A DNA stretch of 64,000 nt from a bacterium (GTDB lineage Bacteria; UBA8248), in contig OZ241875.1 of assembly GCA_965203325.1 (NCBI GenBank), positions 3,040,001 through 3,104,000 of the forward strand, written 5' to 3'. Every line of letters begins with the position of its first letter. Positions within the stretch are counted from its first letter, which is position 1. The position numbers and the translations under genes were made by a program. Under the pieces are notes generated by a model. That model had not been told where the DNA came from. It searched no databases and was given only the letters and a program-made list of their open reading frames with translations. This document shows positions 29,772 to 38,667 of this stretch, one piece after another.

Positions 29772-29907
29772 AACCCCCCCTACCCCCCCTTGACAGGGGG
29801 GTATGAAAAAGCAATGCCCCGACAGTGGGGGTGGTAAAAAGAAAAAGGCCTCCCGACAGGGGGGAGCAACAAAAAGACCCCCCTGTCAAGGGGGGGTAGG
29901 GGGGGTT
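29772..29907. repeat. C/G-run inverted-repeat element (MITE-like)
   Basis: AACCCCCCCTACCCCCCCTTGACAGGGGGG (29772-29801) with an exact inverted copy at 29878-29907. Confidence 0.85.
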
Positions 29908-30013
29908 GCCTTTGTCCCCTGCCAAGGGGAGCTTTTTCAACAATCCCTGCCATATGACGCGAAGCTCATCATTCGTTTGGTTTTGCGATGTTACGACGAG
30001 GAGGACTCACGCC

Positions 30014-30973
30014 ATGCTTTTCCGCAAGAGCACGTCCATGAACAAACTGTCCGCTTTCGCCTTGGCGGCGCTCTTGGCGCTGGGTCCGGCCGGATGCGGC
30101 GGCGAGGGAGGCGTCGGCCCGACCACGGGCGCCCCGCCCGCCACAATGCCGAGCCAGCCGCAAGCCCCGAAAATCGAGCGGACTTCGATCGTCGTCGAGC
30201 CCCATCCCGTGTTCCCGGTAGGCGAGTGGCTCCCCAGGGAGGACGTATATCTCCCCACGCGGCCGGGCGTGCGGCAACGCCTTCTGCTCGCCGGGACGGG
30301 GAATGCAGGGAACAAGGCCGTCATCCTCTTCACGGGCGGCAACGGAACGCCGATTACGCTTGCGCGGCATGGGGGCACCCGCCTCACCGCCAATTCCCTG
30401 GTGAGAAGCTCGGCGCTCTTCGCCGAAGCGGGATTCATCACGGCGGTCGTCGAATTGCCCCTGGACAGTCCCGTGGACCGCAGCGTGAGCAACGCTTTCA
30501 GGCAATCGCCGATGCACCATACGGACATGCGCGCCGCCGTGGATTTTCTGGTGGACGAGGGCGCGCGTGAGGTGTACCTCATCGGCACGAGCCGGGGCAC
30601 GCTCTCCGTCGCGTACCTGGCGACCGTGATGGCGCACCCGAACGTCAAGGGCTACGTCCTCACGGCGACCTTGGCCGACAGGCCGCCGGCCGTCAGGTCT
30701 TACGCCACTCGAATTACGGACCCCGTCCTGATGGTGCATCACACGGACGACGGTTGCCATGTTACGAGGTACGCAGACGCGCAGGCCATATTCGAGGCCA
30801 TTCCGGTGGGCACGCGCAAGGGGTTCGTCTCCGTGAGCGGAGGGGACCCACCGAGGAGCCGTGCTTGTGGTGCGATGAGCGCCCATGGATTTTTGGGTGT
30901 TGAGCGCAAGACGGTGGCGGCCATCGTCGACTGGATGAACGGAAAGACGCCGCCCGCCCACGTGAGTCCGTAG
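30014..30973 (+). CDS. Alpha/beta hydrolase, probable lipoprotein
   Basis: Lipobox-like LGPAGC; LFTGG; GTSRG nucleophile elbow; HHTDD; HGFLG. Confidence 0.8.
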   Translation: MLFRKSTSMNKLSAFALAALLALGPAGCGGEGGVGPTTGAPPATMPSQPQAPKIERTSIVVEPHPVFPVGEWLPREDVYLPTRPGVRQRLLLAGTGNAGNKAVILFTGGNGTPITLARHGGTRLTANSLVRSSALFAEAGFITAVVELPLDSPVDRSVSNAFRQSPMHHTDMRAAVDFLVDEGAREVYLIGTSRGTLSVAYLATVMAHPNVKGYVLTATLADRPPAVRSYATRITDPVLMVHHTDDGCHVTRYADAQAIFEAIPVGTRKGFVSVSGGDPPRSRACGAMSAHGFLGVERKTVAAIVDWMNGKTPPAHVSP

Positions 30974-31124
30974 TAGGGACAGGCCCCCGTGCCTGTCCTG
31001 CCCCTGCTCGGGGCTGTCTTGGCCCTGTACAGAATTGAGGAACTACTCCCCCTTTGAGAGTCGAACCCTACCGATGGGGGAGTGATTGTTGGTTGCTCTG
31101 CAAGGGGGGAGTGATACCTTTCTC

Positions 31125-31176
31125 GTCGGGGTGTTGCTTCTTCATACCCCCCTGACAAGAGGGCGTAGGGGGGGTG
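31125..31176. repeat. C/G-run repeat family copy, inverted relative to 29772-29823
   Basis: Reverse complement CACCCCCCCTACGCCCTCTTGTCAGGGGGGTATGAAGAAGCAACACCCCGAC matches the left element. Confidence 0.8.
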
Positions 31177-31215
31177 CTTCTTGAACTTCACGCGTATATC
31201 GAGGGCGACCCCTCC

Positions 31216-32040
31216 CTACCTCTTCTCCGCCGAGATGAGCCTCGCCTGCATGGGCACTGCGATGGTTCCATCGCGCTCGTACTCGCGCAGCATCCCGACC
31301 AGCGCTTCGCGTATCTTCTCCCTCGCTTCCGGCGTCTGGGAGGCGAGGCGCGAGGCCGTGCGCACGGTGGATTTCTCGAACACCTCGATGATGCGGGCCG
31401 GTTCTTCCGCCTGCATATAAAGGGTGAAGCCTGTGATCTCGGGCGCGGTGAAGCCCGCCGCCCCCATCACGCGTGCGCATTTTTCATCGTCTTCCAGGAA
31501 AGGCTCCGGCGGGCCGGCCACGAGGGGGACGTCCGGGTCGCCGTGCTCCTGGATGGCCCTCGCCATGAGCGACCGGTGGCCCGCGTCGTGCGTCCAGGCG
31601 GTGAAGGCGAGCTTTCCGCCCGATTTCAAGACGCGGGCCGTTTCGGCCAGCGCGACTTCGGGGTAGGGGAAGTGCAGGAAGCCGAAGTTGCTCGCCACGG
31701 CGTCGAAGCGTTCGTCTTCGAAGGGCATGTCCTCCGCGTCGCAGTGCCGGAACTCCGCCCCAGGCCAGCGGCGCGTCGCTTCGGCCAGCATGTCGTCGGC
31801 GAAATCCGCCCCCACCACCGTGCAGCCGCGCATGAGCGCCCCCGCCGAGACGACCCCCGTCCCGCAGGCGAGGTCGAGCAGGCGCGTCCCGAAGCGCGCG
31901 TCCACCGCATCAAGCAACAACCCGACCGCCTGCCCGGTGATGACGCCGAAGAGATCGTTGTATTCCCCCGCAGCGCCGTTCCAGCCCGCCCGCTCGAACT
32001 CGCGGAAGGCTTCGGGGTCGTACCCGGATGTTTCATTCAT
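31216..32040 (-). CDS. Class I SAM-dependent methyltransferase (UbiE-like)
   Basis: ATG 32040; LLDLACGTG, DAEDMPF, FDAVASNFG, RVLKSGG. Confidence 0.9.
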   Translation of the reverse strand: MNETSGYDPEAFREFERAGWNGAAGEYNDLFGVITGQAVGLLLDAVDARFGTRLLDLACGTGVVSAGALMRGCTVVGADFADDMLAEATRRWPGAEFRHCDAEDMPFEDERFDAVASNFGFLHFPYPEVALAETARVLKSGGKLAFTAWTHDAGHRSLMARAIQEHGDPDVPLVAGPPEPFLEDDEKCARVMGAAGFTAPEITGFTLYMQAEEPARIIEVFEKSTVRTASRLASQTPEAREKIREALVGMLREYERDGTIAVPMQARLISAEKR

Positions 32041-32063
32041 GCGGTGTCTCCCAGGTTCTCGCT

Positions 32064-33467
32064 TCACCGGGCGCCGCGCGCGACCAGGTCCACGCCGTCC
32101 GTGCCGATGATCTCGCAATCGATGATCTCGCCCGGCTCGGCTTCGGTCTCGTGCAGGAAAACCTCGCCGTCGACTTCCGGGGCCTGGAGCCGCGTCCGTC
32201 CGCGCAGGAGTCCCTCGCCCGTCAGGCTCTCGACGAGCACCTGCGTCTTCTGGCCGACCATCGCTTCGTTCTCCTCGGCCATGATGCGTTCCTGAAGCGC
32301 GAGCAGGCGCGCCATGCGCTCGCGCGCGAGTTCGGCGGGCACCTGATCGGGCAGCCGCGCCGCGATCGAGCGGTCCTCGGGCGAGAAGACGAAGCCGCCC
32401 AGCCGGGCGAAGCGCGTCTCCTCGACGAAGCCGAGCAGGCGTTCGAAATCCGCATCCGTCTCCCCCGGAAAGCCGACGAGCATGGTGGTCCTGAGCGCGC
32501 AGCCGGGCACTTTTTCCTTGATGCGCGCTACGAGTTCGCGCGTGCCCGCCTCGTCGATACCCCGCCGCATGGCGTCGAGCACGGGCGTGGCGACGTGCTG
32601 GAGCGGCATGTCGATGTACTCGCACACCTTGGGGAGGTCGCGGTAGGCGTCGAGCAGTCCGTCCGTCACTCCGCGCGGGTAGTTGTAGAGCACGCGGATC
32701 CAGTCGAGGCCGTCCACCTCGTTCAACGCCTCCAGCAGCCTTGCGAGGGAGAAGCCCAATCCTAAGTCGACGCCATAGCTCGTGATCTCCTGGGCGAGCA
32801 GGTTCACTTCGCGCACACCCGCCTCGGCCAGCGCGCCCGCTTCTTCCATCACCAGGTCGAGCGGGCGCGAGCGGAACCTGCCGCGGAACCTGGGGATGAC
32901 GCAGAAGGTGCAGGGCCTTGAGCAGCCCTCGGCGACTTTGAGATAGGCGCTCGGGCCCGGTTCGGCGAGGATGCGCGGCAGCCTCCTGCCGTAGTCCATC
33001 AGGGTGTCCGAGAACGCCTCGCGCGCGCCGCCGCGTCCTCCGCTCAAGAGTTCCGGCAGCCGGTCGTACTCGCGCGTCCCGATGAAGAGGTCCACCTCGG
33101 GCAGGTCCTGGGCGAGTTCCCCCCGGTAGCGCTCGGCCAGACAGCCCGCCACGACGAGGGTTTCGAGATCGCCCGCAACTTTCAGCTGGGCGACTTCGAG
33201 AATCGTATCGATGGATTCTCGCTTCGCGTCCTCGATGAAGCCGCACGTGTTGACGATGGCGACCTGCGCGTCCTCTGCGTCGCTCACGAGCCGGTAGCCG
33301 GCGCCAGCGAGGGCGGCGAGCATGATCTCCGAATCCACCGTGTTCTTGGCGCAGCCGAGCGATATGAGCGCAGCGCCGGGCGCATCCGGCCCCATGGGAA
33401 CAGGTGCGTCGCGCCGCACGAGGGGCATCTCGGAGATGGGCTTGATCTGCAGGAGGTTCTCGCTCAC
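32064..33467 (-). CDS. rimO: Ribosomal protein S12 methylthiotransferase
   Basis: SLGCAKNTVDSE, NTCGFIEDAKRES, KVAEGCSRPCTFC, QAPEVDG; GTG start overlaps the upstream TGA. Confidence 0.95.
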   Translation of the reverse strand: MSENLLQIKPISEMPLVRRDAPVPMGPDAPGAALISLGCAKNTVDSEIMLAALAGAGYRLVSDAEDAQVAIVNTCGFIEDAKRESIDTILEVAQLKVAGDLETLVVAGCLAERYRGELAQDLPEVDLFIGTREYDRLPELLSGGRGGAREAFSDTLMDYGRRLPRILAEPGPSAYLKVAEGCSRPCTFCVIPRFRGRFRSRPLDLVMEEAGALAEAGVREVNLLAQEITSYGVDLGLGFSLARLLEALNEVDGLDWIRVLYNYPRGVTDGLLDAYRDLPKVCEYIDMPLQHVATPVLDAMRRGIDEAGTRELVARIKEKVPGCALRTTMLVGFPGETDADFERLLGFVEETRFARLGGFVFSPEDRSIAARLPDQVPAELARERMARLLALQERIMAEENEAMVGQKTQVLVESLTGEGLLRGRTRLQAPEVDGEVFLHETEAEPGEIIDCEIIGTDGVDLVARGAR

Positions 33468-34789
33468 CGGGCGGCCCCCGCTTTCGAACCCTTGGGATCG
33501 ATGTGCCATTCCTCCCTGGGCCGGTTGAAATAGCGGATGGCCACGTCGGGCAGTTCCTCCTGGTAGACCTCCAGCATACGCGCCATGCCCATCGCCTCGC
33601 CCATGTCGCCGATATCGGGCAGGGTATCGAGATAGAGTGCGGGGTCGATGCAGAGGTTTTTCATCTGGATGACGTGCAGGCCCGTTCGCGCCGCGAAAGC
33701 GAGGGTCGCCTCGACCTCGGCTTCGAGGTCCGTGACGCCGGGGAAGACCAGGTAGTTGATCTGCGTGTAGAGGCCTGCGTCGACGGCGGCCTTCACGCAG
33801 TCTTCCACGTGCGTGAAATCATACGTCTCGGGCCGGTAATAGGCGTGGTGCCACTCGGGCGTCGCGCTGTTCGTGCTGACTCGGATGCTCTCCAGGCCCG
33901 CATGGGCCAGGCGCTCCATCCATTCGGGCCGGCTGCCGTTCGTGTTCAGGTGCAGGGTGCCGCGCTCCGTGCGCTCGCGGGTGAGGCGGCAGGCGCGCTC
34001 GATGACGCCCGCCTGGAGAAGCGGCTCGCCCTCGCAGCCCTGGCCGAAGCTCGCGACGGCCATTTCGGCATCTTCGAAGTGGGGGACGGCGATCTCGCAA
34101 AGTTCCTCCGGCGTCGGGACGATCTCGATGCGCCGGTGGCTCGCCGGGAACAGGTCATCCGTCTGGAGCGATATGCACCCCCGGCAGTCCGCGTTGCAGA
34201 GCGGGGCGATGGGAAGCCCCATCTCCCACCGGCGGGCGAAGAAGTTTTTCGCCGCGAAGCAGTGGAACTCACGCGCGCAGCGCGCGAGGTGGGGGATCAT
34301 CCGGTTTTCGGGGTTGGCGTCGCGCATCCGCTCGATTCGTTCGGGCAGGCCCGTGTCGTCGTATTCCTCGGGCTCCCAGCGCGGGCAGTCGTCGACCTGC
34401 ACGGCGGCGCAGACGAATTCTTCTGTCTCTTCATCGAAGCCGAGCGCGGTGTAGGCCCAAAGTGGGAGCACCGGCGCGCCGGGGGTTCTTTCGGCGAAGG
34501 GGAGCAGGGTGCGCATCCAGCCCGGCGAGGGGAACGTGCAGGCGGCCTGTAAGGCAACCGGGCCGTCGCCCCAGTCCGCTTCTGCCACGCTCACGAGCGC
34601 ATCCTCTCCCGCGTCGCCGCCGATGGGAACGCTGTCCGGGATGGTGAAGAACTTGCTCCCCGCCGGCAGGGGGGAGAGTTCAGAGGGATCGGGCGCCACG
34701 GGTTCGGCCCCCTGTGCGCCCACCATCTCGAACTCCGGGTGTTCGAACAGGTTGCCCTCGGCGTCCGCGACCACCATCAACGGGCGCAT
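33464..34789 (-). CDS. Uncharacterised radical SAM protein
   Basis: CNADCRGC (CxxxCxxC), SFGQGCEGEP, NTNG. Confidence 0.88.
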   Translation of the reverse strand: MRPLMVVADAEGNLFEHPEFEMVGAQGAEPVAPDPSELSPLPAGSKFFTIPDSVPIGGDAGEDALVSVAEADWGDGPVALQAACTFPSPGWMRTLLPFAERTPGAPVLPLWAYTALGFDEETEEFVCAAVQVDDCPRWEPEEYDDTGLPERIERMRDANPENRMIPHLARCAREFHCFAAKNFFARRWEMGLPIAPLCNADCRGCISLQTDDLFPASHRRIEIVPTPEELCEIAVPHFEDAEMAVASFGQGCEGEPLLQAGVIERACRLTRERTERGTLHLNTNGSRPEWMERLAHAGLESIRVSTNSATPEWHHAYYRPETYDFTHVEDCVKAAVDAGLYTQINYLVFPGVTDLEAEVEATLAFAARTGLHVIQMKNLCIDPALYLDTLPDIGDMGEAMGMARMLEVYQEELPDVAIRYFNRPREEWHIDPKGSKAGAAR

Positions 34790-35083
34790 GAGCGGGGTGC
34801 TCCGGGCATTGGGCGCGGAGTCCGCCCGTGAGTTTGGGTTGCCGGAACGGTAGCGCCTGAATAAAGCATGGGTTTCCGTCTCCTGAAAAGAGGAGCGCTT
34901 ATGTGAGATTCCGCCTCCTCGACACGAGGCCATAACCTAGCAGAACTCGCCCACCCGCCGCCAGCTTGCGGCCCTTGCCAGCGGCCCTTGGTTTCGCAAT
35001 ACTTGAGGCCTCTCCCCGTTCATGGGTCGGGGAATTCTTCTTCAAAGACATATCGCGATTCCGCGAGACGGAGGTGCGCCCAC

Positions 35084-35914
35084 GTGAGTCCCGAAGAACA
35101 ACTTTCCCGAGTCGCCCTGGTGAAATCGGAAACCGAGCGCTTATCAAGCTACTGGCGCGGTTTTTCGGAGGCCCGCTGGGAGGTGGAGACGTTCTGCCCC
35201 GGTTGGGAGGCGCAGCACGCCGTCTCCCATCTGGCGACGGGGGCGGATTTTTACACGAACTCGATACGCCGGGCGCTGGAGGGCCTGCCGCCCGAACCGC
35301 CCTACGGCAGCAACGTGAAGGAGTTCTTCGCCATCCGCGCCGCCAAGGGCGAGGAACTCATGGCCCTGCCGCGCGATGAGATGATGGACGCGTTCGACGC
35401 CTCGGCCGCCGGGGTGAACGACGCGCTCGCGGAGGTCACGGCGGACGACATCGGCAAGCTCGGCTTTCACCCCCGGGGGCTGACGCGGCTCGACGCCTGG
35501 ATCGGGCTGCGTCTGGTCGAACTCGTGGCGCACGACTGGGACATCCGGTACGGGGAAGACGCGGAAGCATGCGTCTCCCAGGACGTCCTGGAGGGCGTCA
35601 TGAGCTTTCTCCCCGCGAGCCAGAGCCGCCTGTTCGGCGTCCGGGAGAACCCGCCGTTCGACGGGCGCTTTCTCTTCCGCTCGAAGACGCCGGACCGGGA
35701 GTGGACCATCACCGTCGCCGGTGAGAAGGCGGAGGAATCCGCCCACACGTCCGGCGCGCACGACGCCGTCATCACCGCGGACGCAGAGGCGCACTTTCTC
35801 TTGCTCTACGGGCGCGCGAAGCGCGGCGCCATGGAGGACGCGGGCCGCCTCGAAGTCGAGGGGAACGCGGATCTGGCGAACCAGCTTTTATGCGTTTTAT
35901 ATACGAATTATTGA
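35084..35914 (+). CDS. Maleylpyruvate-isomerase-family (MDMPI/DinB superfamily) thiol-dependent enzyme with SCP2-like C-terminus
   Basis: GGAGG RBS then GTG 35084; TFCPGW...HL, ELVAHDWDI, LLLYGR...VEG. Confidence 0.82.
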   Translation: MSPEEQLSRVALVKSETERLSSYWRGFSEARWEVETFCPGWEAQHAVSHLATGADFYTNSIRRALEGLPPEPPYGSNVKEFFAIRAAKGEELMALPRDEMMDAFDASAAGVNDALAEVTADDIGKLGFHPRGLTRLDAWIGLRLVELVAHDWDIRYGEDAEACVSQDVLEGVMSFLPASQSRLFGVRENPPFDGRFLFRSKTPDREWTITVAGEKAEESAHTSGAHDAVITADAEAHFLLLYGRAKRGAMEDAGRLEVEGNADLANQLLCVLYTNY

Positions 35915-35935
35915 TTCCAAAGGAGCAAACCCTTC

Positions 35936-36829
35936 ATGCCACCGATCACGAAAGTAGACGGATACGTTTATTACCCCGGCAGCAAGACGCGCATCGACGC
36001 GATGCGCCCCGCCGATCCGGCCAAAACGCCGTGGACGCCGCTGCCGAAGCCGCTATCCGAGTGCAAGGTCACCCTCGTCTCCACGGCGGGCATCTTCATG
36101 AAAGGAGACGTTTCCTTCGACTACGAGCGCGAGTGGCGCGAGCCGCACTGGGGGGACCCCACCCACCGCGAGATTCCCAGGACGGCCGCCCAGGATGATT
36201 GCGAATACTCGCACCTGCACATCAACACCGAATACCTGGAACGCGACAGGAACGTCTCGTTCCCCGTCGATATCTTCCTGGACTACGAGCGCGAGGGGAA
36301 GATCGGCGCGCTCGCCGACACCCTCTACTCCACGATGGGCTATACGCCCAACTTTCATCCCCTGCTGAAGAAGACGGCCCCCCTGATGGCCGAGAAGATG
36401 CGCGCGGAGGGCGTGGACGCGGCGTTTCTCATCCCCGTCTGACCGCTTTGCATGCGGTCCGTGAGCCTGCTGCAGAGAAGACTGGAAGAGTTGGGAATCG
36501 CCACCGTCTCGATATGCAACCAGCCGGACGTGTCCGAGAAAGTCTGCGTGCCGAGGGCGGTCTTCATCCAGTATCCCTTCGGGCGCATGCTGGGGGACGT
36601 GGGCGACAGAATTGGCCAGCGCGCGGTGTGCGATGACGTGTGCGCGCATCTGGAATCCGCAAATGGCCCGAATGCCTATAAGCATCTATCCCACGAGTGG
36701 CCCGAACCGCCCGAAGAGACCCAGTGGAAGCCGCTCACGCCCGCGCCCATGCACGTGCTTCGCAACAACGGCACGGCGCCCAAGGGCCTCGCGCACTACC
36801 AGGACGACGAGCGGCCCGATTTGAGTTAA
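35936..36829 (+). CDS. GrdB/PrdB-like selenoprotein (glycine/proline reductase B family), Sec at TGA 36440-36442, 297 aa
   Basis: ORFs 35936-36442 and 36452-36829 are in one frame; read-through gives GVDAAFLIPV-U-PLC; KPLSECKVTLVSTAG, GDPTHREI, VPRAVFIQYPFGR motifs. Confidence 0.88.
36446..36477 (+). promoter_or_regulatory. Candidate bacterial SECIS element
   Basis: CTTTGCA/TGCAGAG lower stem, GCGGTC...GAGCCTGC upper stem, apical GT 19 nt after the TGA. Confidence 0.55.
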
Positions 36830-36857
36830 GCGTCTCGGTTCCGGCGCGGATGAAATT

Positions 36858-36885
36858 GCAGGGACAGGTCGCGACCTGTCCCTGC
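36858..36885. repeat. 28-bp perfect palindrome, REP-like (copy 3)
   Basis: GCAGGGACAGGTCGCGACCTGTCCCTGC. Confidence 0.9.
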
Positions 36886-36917
36886 GGGAATCCTCCCTAC
36901 CCGGTTGGGGTTCACCC

Positions 36918-36983
36918 GTAGGGACAACCCCCTGTGGTTGTCCTTTGTCAGAGTGTCGGACAGGCACAGGGGCCTGTCCCTAC
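36918..36983. repeat. Inverted pair of GTAG-type REP palindromes
   Basis: GTAGGGACAACCCCCTGTGGTTGTCC ... GGACAGGCACAGGGGCCTGTCCCTAC. Confidence 0.75.
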
Positions 36984-37002
36984 GCCGATTGCGGTTTTGG
37001 CC

Positions 37003-37216
37003 GTCATTCCGGCGAAAGCCGGAATCCATTTTCGCCTTTGCCTTTTCGCCTCCCTGTTCGGACGTATTCGCTCCCGGGCCGGTAGCATCGGAATCGAACC
37101 CAAAAACGAAAAGCGAATTCTCTGGATTCCTGCATCCGGACGCCGCGCATCAACAAGGTCGTGGCCGCCCTGCCCGGTGAAAAGTCAAAATGGATTCCGG
37201 CTTTCGCCGGAATGAC
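37003..37216. repeat. Inverted pair of 26-bp ATTCCGGC palindromes (REPIN/MITE-like) 1
   Basis: GTCATTCCGGCGAAAGCCGGAATCCA at 37003 with an exact reverse complement at 37191-37216. Confidence 0.9.
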
Positions 37217-37272
37217 GGCGTTGTGGACGGCCTCGACCCATGCGGGAGGGATTGTGGGTGGCATCGCTTTTA

Positions 37273-37302
37273 CCCCCCTGACAAGGGGGGGTAGGGGGGG
37301 TT
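37273..37302. repeat. C/G-run repeat family copy
   Basis: CCCCCCTGACAAGGGGGGGTAGGGGGGGTT, near-identical to 29878-29907. Confidence 0.85.
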
Positions 37303-37359
37303 GCCTTTATCCCCTGAGGAGGGAGGCTTTTTTTAAGAGCGCGTTATTTCCGAATCATT

Positions 37360-37701
37360 CTAAAACAACCGCCCGCCTAACACCGCGCCCTTCTCATCCG
37401 GCGCGATGAGCACCACCTCGCCCCGCTCATCCGGCACGCCGAGCGTGAGGACTTCGGACATGAAGGGGCCGATCTGCCTCGGCGGGAAGTTCACCACGGC
37501 GAGAACGAGCCTGCCTTCGAGCTCTTCCTTCGTATAGAGCGCTGTGAGCTGGGCGGATGATTTCCTGACCCCCAGTTCCTCGCCGAAATCGATCCAGAGC
37601 TTATAAGCCGGTTTTCGCGCCTCGGGGAAATCCGCCGCCTCGACCACGCGCCCCAAGCGGATGTCCAACTCCTCAAAATCCTCCATCGTCGCCATTTTCA
37701 T
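37360..37701 (-). CDS. csaA: CsaA / tRNA-binding protein
   Basis: LDIRLG, ARKPAYKLWIDFG, SSAQLT, VVNFPPRQIGPFMSEVLTLG. Confidence 0.93.
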   Translation of the reverse strand: MKMATMEDFEELDIRLGRVVEAADFPEARKPAYKLWIDFGEELGVRKSSAQLTALYTKEELEGRLVLAVVNFPPRQIGPFMSEVLTLGVPDERGEVVLIAPDEKGAVLGGRLF

Positions 37702-37782
37702 ACTTCTCCCGTTTCATGGGCCATGCGCGTCCGGCGCGCCGGAATCCGGGGGTGGTTTCCCGCACGGGCGTAGGGGAGCGCT

Positions 37783-38664
37783 TCAGTCTATCGGCTCGCC
37801 CTGCGTTCTTTCCATCTCGAGGATATCGGCGCGCAGCCTTGTCGTTATCGGGCCGGGGGCGGGAATGGATCGCCCGTCCACCTCGGCCACCGCGTGCACC
37901 CGGCTGAAGGATGACGTGAGGAAACACTCATCCGCCGTGTAGAGGTCATATAGCGTCAAGTCGGCTTCTTCCGCCGGAATGCCCTCTTGCTCGGCAATCT
38001 CCATCACGACCTTCCGCGTGATGCCGTCGAGGACGTTGTGGGCTTTCGGTGTCTTGAGCGCGCCGTCCTTCACGACGAATATGTTCTCTCCCGGTGCCTC
38101 CGCCACGAAGCCGCGAATATCGAGCAGAATCGCCTCATCGAAGCCCGATTCGACGGCTTCGATCCTCGCCATCACGTTGTTGAGATAGTTGAGCGATTTC
38201 ACGCGCGCCTCGAAGGATTCGGAAGGCACCTTGCGCACCCCCGCCGTCTTGAGCCTCAAGCCCGCTCCTTTCGCCTTGTAACTCGAACCCGTCTCGGCGG
38301 GCGGGGCGGGGTCGTGTAAGAGCACGGCGAGCGTCGCCTTATCCGTTACCCTCGGGTCGAGCAGGGGATAGCCCGCGCCGCGCGATACCACGACGCGAAG
38401 GTAGACGTCGTCCACGCCGGAGCGACGGACGCATTCCTTGACGATCTCCGCGATTCGCTCGCGCGATTCGGGCAGCGTGAGCTTGAGCGCGCGCGCCGAT
38501 CGCTCCATGCGGTCGAGGTGTTCGGAGAACTTGAATATCCGCCGGTTCGTCACCGTCATGGACTCGAACAGGCCGTCCCCGTAGAGAAACCCGTGGTCGA
38601 AGGCGGAGACTTTGGCCTCTTCTGCGGTGACGTATTCGCCGTTCACATAGCAGGTATAGGACAC
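37783..38664 (-). CDS. Class IV aminotransferase (branched-chain/D-amino acid type)
   Basis: DHGFLYGDGLFE, KSLNYLNN, LDGITR, ADECFLT. Confidence 0.92.
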   Translation of the reverse strand: MSYTCYVNGEYVTAEEAKVSAFDHGFLYGDGLFESMTVTNRRIFKFSEHLDRMERSARALKLTLPESRERIAEIVKECVRRSGVDDVYLRVVVSRGAGYPLLDPRVTDKATLAVLLHDPAPPAETGSSYKAKGAGLRLKTAGVRKVPSESFEARVKSLNYLNNVMARIEAVESGFDEAILLDIRGFVAEAPGENIFVVKDGALKTPKAHNVLDGITRKVVMEIAEQEGIPAEEADLTLYDLYTADECFLTSSFSRVHAVAEVDGRSIPAPGPITTRLRADILEMERTQGEPID

Positions 38665-38667
38665 GCG

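Noticed and set aside
31216..33246. 676-aa ORF suggesting a large fusion methyltransferase
   Set aside because: The N-terminal 400 aa is an alternative frame of rimO; the real gene starts at ATG 32040
35912..35938. The MDMPI stop TGA is in frame with the GrdB-like gene start, suggesting a read-through fusion
   Set aside because: No Cys-like motif context or hairpin, and a good AAGGAG RBS precedes ATG 35936, so these are separate genes
36440..36442. Reading the in-frame TGAs here and at 61967 as pseudogene nonsense mutations or as genetic code reassignment
   Set aside because: Both fall at UxxC-type motif positions with downstream hairpins, and TGA is an ordinary stop for many other genes in the window
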